Shown here: in pieces, positions 44,245 through 52,458 of the stretch
Position numbering within the stretch: the stretch's first letter is position 1
Layout: each line of letters opens with the position of its first letter
NCBI GenBank assembly: GCA_017515105.1
Contig: JAFWHO010000001.1
Span: 202,903-266,902 of the forward strand
Source of the DNA: Candidatus Saccharimonadota bacterium
GTDB lineage: Bacteria; Patescibacteriota; Saccharimonadia; Saccharimonadales; Saccharimonadaceae
Direction of reading: 5' to 3'
DNA length: 64,000 nt
Notes under the pieces: model-generated
Database searches by the model: none
Told to the model about the DNA's origin: nothing
The model's input: only the letters and a program-made list of their open reading frames with translations
Program-made: the position numbers and the translations under genes

Positions 44245-46989
44245 ATGAAATTTGCATCTAGTTACGAGCCTGGGGAGTACGAGTCGGATATTTATGCCGC
44301 TTGGGAATACGCAGGCATATTTAACCCAACCACACCCACTAAGCCAATCGATGACGACGGTGATGGCGTCGACGATCGCGAAGAAGGTAACAAAAAAAGA
44401 AACACTTATTCAATCGTCATGCCACCACCGAACGCCAACGGCAATCTTCATATTGGCCACGGCCTCACGGTAGCTCTCGAGGATTCCCTCACCCGCTACT
44501 ATCGCCTAAGAGGCGACTCTGCTTGGTACGTTCCTGGCGCCGACCACGCCGGTTTTGAAACCTGGGTTGTTTATGAGAAATTCCTCGAAAAACAGGGCCA
44601 CACTAGATTCGAATATGATCGCAACGAACTATATGCAAAAGTCTGGGACTTTGTCGCAGAGCAGCGCGGCAACATGGAGCTCCAGCTTCGCGCCCTTGGC
44701 GCTTCCTGTGCCTGGGACGACCTCACCTTTACGCTAGATGAAAATGTTATTGATCGCGTCTACACCACATTTGAAAAAATGTGGAACGACGGCCTAATCT
44801 ATCGCGGCGAGAAACTCGTTAACTACTGTCCAAAGCACCGCACCGCTTTCGCCGACATCGAGGTCACTCACAAAGATGAGCCAGGTACCCTCTGGGATAT
44901 CGAGTACAAATTGGCAGACGACCCCGAGAAAGCCTTGATCGTTTCTACCACTAGGCCAGAAACCCTCTTCGGCGATACTGCTGTAGCTATTAACCCTGAA
45001 GATAAACGCTACAAAGACCTAGTCGGCAAAAAAGTTAAACTACCACTTACCGATCGCACCATCCCGATTATTGCCGACGAGCACGCTGACCCCGAATATG
45101 GTACCGGCGTCGTCAAAATCACCCCAGCTCACGATTTCGATGACTTCGAAGTTGGCGAGCGCCATGATTTGGAGCGTATTCAGGTGATTTCTGAATCTGG
45201 CAAAATGATCAATGTCCCCGAGAAATACTACGATCTCACTACAAAAGAATGCCGCAAGCAGGTTCTAAAAGATCTCAAAGAACAGGGGCTCTTAAAAGAT
45301 GAACATAAAATCACTCACTCTGTCGCCCACTGTTATAAGTGCGACACCGTCTTGGAGCCAATGCTAAAAGAGCAATGGTTTGTTGATGTCGAGAAATTAG
45401 CTAAAGAGGCTATGAAACATATCGAGGCTGACGAAATCAAGTTCTTCCCTGAGAATAAGAAAAAAGTCCTCTTAAATTACTACAACAATTTGAGAGACTG
45501 GAACATTTCCCGCCAAATCCCTTGGGGTATCGCTATCCCGATGTTCAAAAAAGCCGACGAAGATGCCACCGACGAGCCAGATTGGATTTTCGATCGCCGC
45601 ACTAATCTAAAAGAAATTGAAAAAGGCGGCGTCAGATATGTTCGCGACGAGGACACTTTTGATACTTGGTTTTCATCAAGCCACTGGCCTATCATTTGTA
45701 CTAACTGGACCGAAGAAAACTACAACCCATATTATCCGCTAAATGTCATGGAAACCGGTGCTGACCTGCTCTTCTCTTGGGTTTCTCGTATGATTATGAT
45801 GGGTGTATATATCACCGGTGAAGTGCCATTCAGAGAGGTTTATATGCACGGCATGGTGCTTGATTCCAAGGGTCAAAAAATGAGCAAAAGCAAAGGCAAC
45901 GTTATCAACCCTATGGAGCTCGTCACCAAATATGGCTCCGACGCTTTCCGCCTTGGCATCATGCGTGGCCGCTCTGCTGGTATGAACCAGGCCTTTTCCG
46001 AAAATTCGGTAATTGCTGGTCGCAATCTCTGTAACAAGCTCTGGAATATTTCCCGCCTCATCCAAACATTCGTCGACGATGAGGATTCCGAGCTCAAGAA
46101 TGGCATCTCTCGAGGGCTTCCGGAGGTTACGACCGAGGATGAGGGCGTGAGCCCTGTGACGACAGGCGCGAACGACCCGTCCCGAGAAGATGCCATTCTT
46201 GGCTCGTTCTCTTATTCAACAGATAATATGGGTGAAGACTGGATCTGTCGCGAGATCAACGAATGCCTAGACCAGGTCGAATACGACATAAAAAACTATC
46301 GTTTCTCCGAAGCCGTCGACACTCTCTACCAAACCATCTGGGATAAATACGCCGACTGGTTCCTCGAATCCCAGAAAATCTTCAAAAACGTTGGGCTACT
46401 AAAAACCACGCTTTCTACGCTTTTGATAGCTCTTCACCCCTTTGCCCCGTTCGTCACTGAGACTATTTGGCAAAGCCTCAGCTGGACCGAAGGCTTCATC
46501 GCTACAGCTAAATGGCCCGCCAGACTTGAATATGACCCTATTTCAGCCGAGGAGTTTGAAAACATAAGGATTATCGTGTCTGAAGTGAGAGGCACCCTCA
46601 CGGCCCTTCCAGGTACCAATAACGCCAAAAAATATAAGCTATTATACGATAACGACAGCCTCGTAGAAGATAACCAGTTTCTTATCAAGACTCTCACCAG
46701 AGTTCCGGCCATCGATCCATTAGAAGGCTCCCCGCGTGGTCTCAGACTCGCTCTCGCGAATCACGAGCTCTATCTAGACGTCCCAGAGAAAGTCGTTAAG
46801 GAGTACAAGGATACCCTCACTGAACGCATCCTTAGTGTCGGCCGCGAGCTAGATGCCCTAAATCTCCGCATGGAAAATCCAAATTACGTCAATCGCGCCC
46901 CTGCCCACCTCGTCAAGGAGACACAGGATCAGATCAAAGAAAAAGAGGCCCTCATCTCTCGCCTCAAGACCGAACTCGAATTAATCTAA
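44245..46989 (+). CDS. valS: valine--tRNA ligase
   Basis: PPPNANGNLHIGH (HIGH), KMSKSKGN (KMSKS), an editing domain, and a C-terminal coiled coil. Confidence 0.95.
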   Translation: MKFASSYEPGEYESDIYAAWEYAGIFNPTTPTKPIDDDGDGVDDREEGNKKRNTYSIVMPPPNANGNLHIGHGLTVALEDSLTRYYRLRGDSAWYVPGADHAGFETWVVYEKFLEKQGHTRFEYDRNELYAKVWDFVAEQRGNMELQLRALGASCAWDDLTFTLDENVIDRVYTTFEKMWNDGLIYRGEKLVNYCPKHRTAFADIEVTHKDEPGTLWDIEYKLADDPEKALIVSTTRPETLFGDTAVAINPEDKRYKDLVGKKVKLPLTDRTIPIIADEHADPEYGTGVVKITPAHDFDDFEVGERHDLERIQVISESGKMINVPEKYYDLTTKECRKQVLKDLKEQGLLKDEHKITHSVAHCYKCDTVLEPMLKEQWFVDVEKLAKEAMKHIEADEIKFFPENKKKVLLNYYNNLRDWNISRQIPWGIAIPMFKKADEDATDEPDWIFDRRTNLKEIEKGGVRYVRDEDTFDTWFSSSHWPIICTNWTEENYNPYYPLNVMETGADLLFSWVSRMIMMGVYITGEVPFREVYMHGMVLDSKGQKMSKSKGNVINPMELVTKYGSDAFRLGIMRGRSAGMNQAFSENSVIAGRNLCNKLWNISRLIQTFVDDEDSELKNGISRGLPEVTTEDEGVSPVTTGANDPSREDAILGSFSYSTDNMGEDWICREINECLDQVEYDIKNYRFSEAVDTLYQTIWDKYADWFLESQKIFKNVGLLKTTLSTLLIALHPFAPFVTETIWQSLSWTEGFIATAKWPARLEYDPISAEEFENIRIIVSEVRGTLTALPGTNNAKKYKLLYDNDSLVEDNQFLIKTLTRVPAIDPLEGSPRGLRLALANHELYLDVPEKVVKEYKDTLTERILSVGRELDALNLRMENPNYVNRAPAHLVKETQDQIKEKEALISRLKTELELI
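46096..46200. repeat. 105-bp GC-rich palindromic element, in-frame inside valS
   Basis: Perfect 13-bp inverted arms at 46096-46108 and 46188-46200. The core shares TGAGCCCTGTGACGAC and GACAGGCGCGAA with the tsaD element. Confidence 0.75.
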
Positions 46990-47080
46990 CCAGGATCCAG
47001 TATAGTCTATTCTTCCATATTACTGGTTTTTGTGCTTAAATTAGCTTATAAGTATCCGCTTCGCATCATTAAAATAGGGG

Positions 47081-47950
47081 GTGAAACAAATGAGTATTAG
47101 CAACGCGATATTAAACCAAATCATCAAAGAACACGAGCTTTGGTTAAGTTCAAACGGTAGAGAGGGACAGCGAGCAGATTTCACCGGCCAAGATCTAAAA
47201 GGCGTAAAATTTCCATTCAAAAATCTTAAAATGGCAATTTTCCGTGATGCGGACCTGACAGGCGCAGACCTCTACGGAGCCATCTTAAGAACAGCAGATT
47301 TTACAGGCGCAATTTTGAGATATACAAATCTTGGTATTGCGAAAATGGAATGGGCGATCATCGAAAACGCTGATTTGAGAGAAGCTAGGCTATTTCAGAC
47401 TACGCTGAATTTCGCCTCTCTTAAAGGATCCGATTTAAGAAGTGCTGATTTTAGCGGCGCAAGCCTTTCCTACTGTGACCTGAGAGGAATCACCGTTGAG
47501 AGTATTTCGGTCAATATAGAATTATGGCAAAATACCAGACTTGATCATTGCAAGATCAGCGAAAAAGTCTTGAGCCAAATAGTGCCAAACTACTGTCCGG
47601 AAGGAACGATAATAGGTTACAAGAAAATCAGGAGGATTGGAGCTCTCAGTAAGGAAGATCCAGACGGGATCCATCTCATAGCAGAGCTCGAGATACCGCC
47701 AGATGCTCTTCGCGTCAATTCAACCTCGCGTCAATGTCGTTGCAGCAAGGCCAAGGTTTTGTCTATCACCAACCTTGACGGTACACCCGTAAAGAGTGGT
47801 GAAGGAGCAAGCTGGCTCTTCTCGACGACCTATTATAAGGTCGGCGAATGGGTTGAAGAAAAGGATTTTTCCGATGACCGCAGGAAGACCTGTGTCAAAG
47901 GTATCCATTTTTTCCTCACCCGAGAAGAGGCCGAAAAATACCAGGTCTAA
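47081..47950 (+). CDS. pentapeptide-repeat protein with a C-terminal GIHFF-motif domain
   Basis: ADLTGADLYGAILRTADFTGAILRYTNL... are pentapeptide repeats. The C-terminal C..GIHFFLTREEAEKY motif recurs in phage/accessory proteins, as I recall. Confidence 0.75.
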   Translation: MKQMSISNAILNQIIKEHELWLSSNGREGQRADFTGQDLKGVKFPFKNLKMAIFRDADLTGADLYGAILRTADFTGAILRYTNLGIAKMEWAIIENADLREARLFQTTLNFASLKGSDLRSADFSGASLSYCDLRGITVESISVNIELWQNTRLDHCKISEKVLSQIVPNYCPEGTIIGYKKIRRIGALSKEDPDGIHLIAELEIPPDALRVNSTSRQCRCSKAKVLSITNLDGTPVKSGEGASWLFSTTYYKVGEWVEEKDFSDDRRKTCVKGIHFFLTREEAEKYQV

Positions 47951-48077
47951 CAAATTAAGCGGTACTTGAAGTACCTTAAAGGGCCCCAGTATTTAAACTG
48001 GGGTCTTTTTCAAACCATTTTACCAATAAAAAGCCACGGCTGGTTTGCCGTGGACTTTTTAAGTAAAGAAAGGAATA

Positions 48078-49094
48078 TTATTCTTGGCTATCCGACTTAG
48101 GCCAATCTGTATAGCCGAATGCATGCATTTTTTCCGTCAGCACTCCTATGGCCCCCTGGCCAATTCCAGGTATCGTTTCGAGATCGATCTGCAAGTCCAG
48201 AAGATCTTGCACGGTTTGAATACCTACGCGAGACAAGGACCGTACGATATAGCTAGGTAAGTCCAAATCTGTTATGGGTAGCTCATCAGCCGTTATATCG
48301 TGGTCTTCCCGAATTCTAAAAGGAGCTATCTGAGTGTATTTTTTCAAGTCACTATAGAGTCGCCTCTCCTTCCGAAAAGCAGGGTCTTTGTGTAGCTCCT
48401 CCAATTCGAGGTAGAGTTTTTTCTCCTTTTCGAAAATCGGATCTAAATGCAGCGCGTCGATATCATCCTCTGTTTTATATATAGCCTCCTTTATCCATCC
48501 CGGGGCTTCGAAAATAGGGGGGAGAAATCTACCATCGCTCCCTGTTTGATAGCACAAATGTTTTAATCTATTGATCGCATCCTCTTCGACACTCATGGCT
48601 CTTTTCTGAGACCAGCCAAATTCTTTACCAATTTCGGCAAAAGTTTTTGCACCGCGCTCAGTTAAGCCATATCTAAGGATTAAAACCTGGTAGCGCTGTA
48701 CACTAAGGTTTGATGACAGCACGGATTTTATCGACTGAATGTCAGCGAGCGACAAAGCAACAAAGTGCTCATACCACTCGTTCGTGATATCTTGTATTTC
48801 CGTGACAAAACAGTCACGAAAAGAATCATATACCCGGCGGTAGAGCCGACCAACATTGAATCCCAAAATCAGATCTTCAGAAGGATGAATAAAACCTGCT
48901 TCTCGAAGATAAGAGACGAGCTCAGACTCTGCTTTTTTAAGTTTCCTACCTAAGATATCCTGCTGGAACGCAAGAATTCTACCCTTCCTAATGAGGTCAT
49001 CAACAGAACTGGAGTTTTTCAAATAATACGCCCGAGTAGGCGACAACACGCCCAATTCCGTGATTGTTTTAATGGATGCAGCTCTTCTTACCAT
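48078..49094 (-). CDS. putative transcription factor: alpha-CTD-like HhH, sigma-70 region-4-like HTH, alpha-CTD-like HhH
   Basis: YQVLILRYGLTERGAKTFAEIGKEFGWSQKRAMSVEEDAINRLK resembles sigma region 4. ITDLDLPSYIVRSLSRVGIQTVQDLLDL and ITELGVLSPTRAYYLKNSSSVDDLI resemble the RpoA C-terminal domain. Confidence 0.5.
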   Translation of the reverse strand: MVRRAASIKTITELGVLSPTRAYYLKNSSSVDDLIRKGRILAFQQDILGRKLKKAESELVSYLREAGFIHPSEDLILGFNVGRLYRRVYDSFRDCFVTEIQDITNEWYEHFVALSLADIQSIKSVLSSNLSVQRYQVLILRYGLTERGAKTFAEIGKEFGWSQKRAMSVEEDAINRLKHLCYQTGSDGRFLPPIFEAPGWIKEAIYKTEDDIDALHLDPIFEKEKKLYLELEELHKDPAFRKERRLYSDLKKYTQIAPFRIREDHDITADELPITDLDLPSYIVRSLSRVGIQTVQDLLDLQIDLETIPGIGQGAIGVLTEKMHAFGYTDWPKSDSQE

Positions 49095-49258
49095 AATGGC
49101 ACCTCCCTTTTTAATCTTAAGCTACTCTGTTTCCTTTCAAACATTAAGGTCCTCGTCCTGTGATAATAATCCAAAGAACGTCAACTAATTGCCGCATTAT
49201 AACATATATAGTTATACGCGTCAAGAGAGGAAGGCTAGTATCGCCCCAAGAAATAACC

Positions 49259-49287
49259 TTGACACACACGTAAATAAATGCTACAAT
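49259..49287 (+). promoter_or_regulatory. strong sigma-70-type promoter
   Basis: TTGACA (49259-49264), 17 nt, TACAAT (49282-49287) with an upstream TGC. Confidence 0.65.
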
Positions 49288-49406
49288 AGTAAGCGTACTT
49301 TAAGAATTTGGGAGTGAAAATCAGCCCATGAAATAGCGAATAGCAACCTGTTCCCTGTTTTATGGGCTGATAAAGTGTCAGCCTCCAAAAAAAGGAGGAA
49401 AAAAAT

Positions 49407-49904
49407 ATGGATTTTTATGTTGTAGCATTTGTGTGGGTGATTGCTTTGCTTATCGGTATCTTAGTGGTATCTATAGTGGATGCCGTAAAGAGGCGAAAGG
49501 AAGCAAAAGAAGATGCGCCTAAGACTCTCGAAGAGATCCTCGAAGAGGAAAACGCCAAAAAGGCGTTTGTCTACGCCAAGTACTCAGAGGTTATAGACTG
49601 GCTGATAGCGTGTGAACAAAAGGGCAAGTTAGACCTTTCGCTGCTTTCAGAAGAGGCGATGACTAGGGGTGCGGCGCTCGCGGTCAAGACGGCAGAGGAT
49701 GAGTACACGTATGCGCTCATCGAATATGACCGGATCAACCGGGAGATTGCGAAAGCAACTAAGGGCATAGCGGGGCGTCCTGAGTCTAAAAGCAATAGGG
49801 AATTCTATGAAGACATTATAAAGACGCTAAAGAAGCAGAAAGTGGAGACGATTCACTGGATGCAGTCAGCCGAAGCCCTCTTAGAGGAGCTCAAAAAGAA
49901 TTAA
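49407..49904 (+). CDS. small membrane-anchored hypothetical protein
   Basis: ORF behind AGGAGG. N-terminal TM segment (FYVVAFVWVIALLIGILVVSIV). Hairpin terminator at 49918-49948. Confidence 0.6.
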   Translation: MDFYVVAFVWVIALLIGILVVSIVDAVKRRKEAKEDAPKTLEEILEEENAKKAFVYAKYSEVIDWLIACEQKGKLDLSLLSEEAMTRGAALAVKTAEDEYTYALIEYDRINREIAKATKGIAGRPESKSNREFYEDIIKTLKKQKVETIHWMQSAEALLEELKKN

Positions 49905-50012
49905 TTCCCAAAAAAGTCCCCCGGCGCCTATGCCGGGGTTCTTTTTTTATGAGAAAATTGAAAAAGCATAATACAGATTAGCAAAAGAAATAAAAAAGCA
50001 AAATAGAAAAGA

Positions 50013-50225
50013 TCAGCGAGATTTTTTATTGAAGAGATCAAGATTAAATAAAGGCTTCTTGTCCTCATCGATAATTCCCTGCGCCTTGCGCATTAGTTTC
50101 TCGAGCGCCACCTCAGAATTTGCCGAACCTACATGTACGGTTTTCACCACTTTGTTCCCTTCCTTGTAGCATACCTGTATGCCAGTCGCCCCCGAAGTAG
50201 TCTTGAATTTTCTGATATAAGCCAT
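50013..50225 (-). pseudogene. probable N-terminal remnant of an IS1634/IS4-like transposase
   Basis: MAYIRKFKTTSGATGIQVCYKEGNKVVKTVHVGSANSEVALEKLMRKAQ resembles the conserved N-termini of IS1634-family transposases as I recall them. It is only 70 aa. Confidence 0.35.
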
Positions 50226-50575
50226 ACCTAAATTTTAGCATACATTTACACACGCATTGCACAAGAATTATCCACAAAAGCATAATCACGATAATGCCCT
50301 TCCCTCGGTATCCTAGCACACTGCGGGTCTAGCAACCGCGCTTGACAAACCAAAAAGCATACGCTAAAATCAAAGTAACAATTGCCACCAGGCAATTGGG
50401 AGTAGTTTTAGCAACCAAGAACGAAAGATAGAGTCTCCACAACTTTAACGCTAAAACAGGGAAAATTCGAAAAACAACCGGCAAAATAACCAAAAGTCGG
50501 AAATTTTGCATAAGCATAAAATATAATGCTTATGAAGTCAACTAATTTCACAGCACAACATGCTATAATGATGAT

Positions 50576-51520
50576 ATGGAAATTCCTATTACACAGTCCA
50601 AAGAATGGCTAGTATTGCAGCAGGACTTAAAAGAAAAATCAGTTTACGTAGACGAAAAAGACTACAAATACCTAGCAATAATCAAATCTACACCTGTTGG
50701 GAACTATCTTTATTTGCCCTACGGCCCTGTTTACAAAGACGAAATAGCTTTTCAAAAGGCCCTGGATAGCCTGAAGCAGATTGCAGCCACCCATCAAGCA
50801 ATCTTTATCCGAATCGAACCTCGAGACAAAAACTTCACAGAATATTTACCGAAAAATACCAAAAAGACTAAAGATCTAAACCCCAAAGAAACCTGGGTGC
50901 TAGATCTAAAAGGGACCGACGAACAGTTAACCAAGAAACTCCCCAGCCGCCTCCTTCGCTATTACAAAGGCGCCGCGAAAAAAGGAATCACAATCGAGAA
51001 ATCCAACAATCCAGACGATATCATCCACCTTTTAAGACTTCAGCAAGAATTAGCCAAAGAAAAGGGAATCAGTACCTTCTCAGAGAACTACCTCAAGACT
51101 GAACTATCCCAGCCCTTCGCTACACTCTATCTAGTGAAATATAAAAACGAAGAGATGGACCGCCAAGAAATCGTCGCCGCTGGCTTAGTATTTGACGATA
51201 AAACCACCAGATACAACCTCCAGGGCGCCCAGAATGACACCGGTCGCAGCCTCCACGCCACCGGGATTCTGACGATCCAGCTAATCAAAGATGCCAAAGA
51301 AAAAGGCCTCAAAACCTTTGACTTCTGGGGTATCGCCCCAGAGGGCGCACCACGTAGCCACCCCTGGGCAGGCTTTACCAATTTCAAGAAGACCTTCGAC
51401 GGCTATGAAAAAGATTACGCCGGCACCTACGACGTCATCATGAGTCTGATAAGATACCACCTTTATACATTCTTTCGTAGATTAAACAAAATAAAAAGAA
51501 ATAACCATGCAAGAAATTGA
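50576..51520 (+). CDS. FemAB-family peptidoglycan branch aminoacyltransferase-like protein
   Basis: YLYLPYGP, RYNLQGAQ...HATGILTIQLIKDAKEKGLKTFDFWG and FKKTF are FemAB-like. Confidence 0.75.
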   Translation: MEIPITQSKEWLVLQQDLKEKSVYVDEKDYKYLAIIKSTPVGNYLYLPYGPVYKDEIAFQKALDSLKQIAATHQAIFIRIEPRDKNFTEYLPKNTKKTKDLNPKETWVLDLKGTDEQLTKKLPSRLLRYYKGAAKKGITIEKSNNPDDIIHLLRLQQELAKEKGISTFSENYLKTELSQPFATLYLVKYKNEEMDRQEIVAAGLVFDDKTTRYNLQGAQNDTGRSLHATGILTIQLIKDAKEKGLKTFDFWGIAPEGAPRSHPWAGFTNFKKTFDGYEKDYAGTYDVIMSLIRYHLYTFFRRLNKIKRNNHARN

Positions 51521-52433
51521 AAAGATTCGTAGGGAAATCCTCAGACTAGAGTCTGTGAATATCATTATAGTTCTGGTGATATTCGGAGCATGGGCTTACA
51601 TGCTCTCACAAGGAATTCTACCTATATATAGCCAAACCATAGAAGAGATAGTCGCAACTATAGGCTCGATAATTGTATCTATTCTTATTACAGTGCTAAT
51701 TAGCGCAGCAACAGTAGGGCCACTAATCAGAGAGAAGAAAAAAGAATACAGGAAAGCTTATAAAGAGTATTTCGTGAGCGGGGCTTTGAAAATAGTTTTC
51801 ACAAATATCGAATATGACCACGAAAAGGGGCTACATAAATCTATCCCCGACTCAACAGGGGTCATAATGTTGGGAAGAGAGTATCAATCAAACGATCTCA
51901 TCACGGCAAAATATAAAGATAGAGAGTTCATGCAAGCCGACGTCCATATTTACGACGAAACAAGCAATGTTACCCACACATATTTCAAAGGGCGATGGAT
52001 GCTTTTTAGATTTCCCAAACAATTTAAGCATAAACTAATCGTGATCGACAAAAAGTACAAAAAACTAATCCAACCTTTCATTTATGTGCAGCAAAAAGAC
52101 AAGTATAAAAGAATAGAAACCGAATCGGATGAATTTAACAAGGTGTTTGACATATATGCAGAGGATGATTTTGAGGCATTCTACCTCTTAGATCCATCAT
52201 TCATTGATCAAACCGAAAGTTTAAGAAAGTCTCACAAAGGAAAAGTTCTTTTGGTATTTGACAAAGACCTTATGCATGTAGCCATTGACGACCGAAACGA
52301 TGCTTTTGAACCGCCATCACCTCTGAAAAAAATTAAAGAACAAGAAGAAATGCAGCATGTTGTAGAGGAGATAAAACTAATAACTAATTACATCGATTCT
52401 CTAAAACTAAAAAGCAGCCTATTCAAAAAATAG
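51507..52433 (+). CDS. DUF3137-like membrane protein
   Basis: Two N-terminal TM segments. YFKGRWMLFRFPKQF and FNKVFDIYAEDDFEAFYLLDPSFI resemble DUF3137. Confidence 0.6.
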   Translation: MQEIEKIRREILRLESVNIIIVLVIFGAWAYMLSQGILPIYSQTIEEIVATIGSIIVSILITVLISAATVGPLIREKKKEYRKAYKEYFVSGALKIVFTNIEYDHEKGLHKSIPDSTGVIMLGREYQSNDLITAKYKDREFMQADVHIYDETSNVTHTYFKGRWMLFRFPKQFKHKLIVIDKKYKKLIQPFIYVQQKDKYKRIETESDEFNKVFDIYAEDDFEAFYLLDPSFIDQTESLRKSHKGKVLLVFDKDLMHVAIDDRNDAFEPPSPLKKIKEQEEMQHVVEEIKLITNYIDSLKLKSSLFKK

Positions 52434-52458
52434 CCCAAAAAAGTGATAAAATAAAACT

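Noticed and set aside
46096-46200. Intein or self-splicing intron as an explanation for the valS and tsaD inserts.
   Set aside because: At 35-45 codons they are far too short for an intein, and they have no Cys/Ser...His-Asn junction residues. At 105-134 nt they are too short, and lack recognisable motifs, for group I or II introns.
50266-50274. A perfect TTATCCACA DnaA box.
   Set aside because: It is a single isolated copy in an IS-remnant region, far from dnaA. It is most likely chance.
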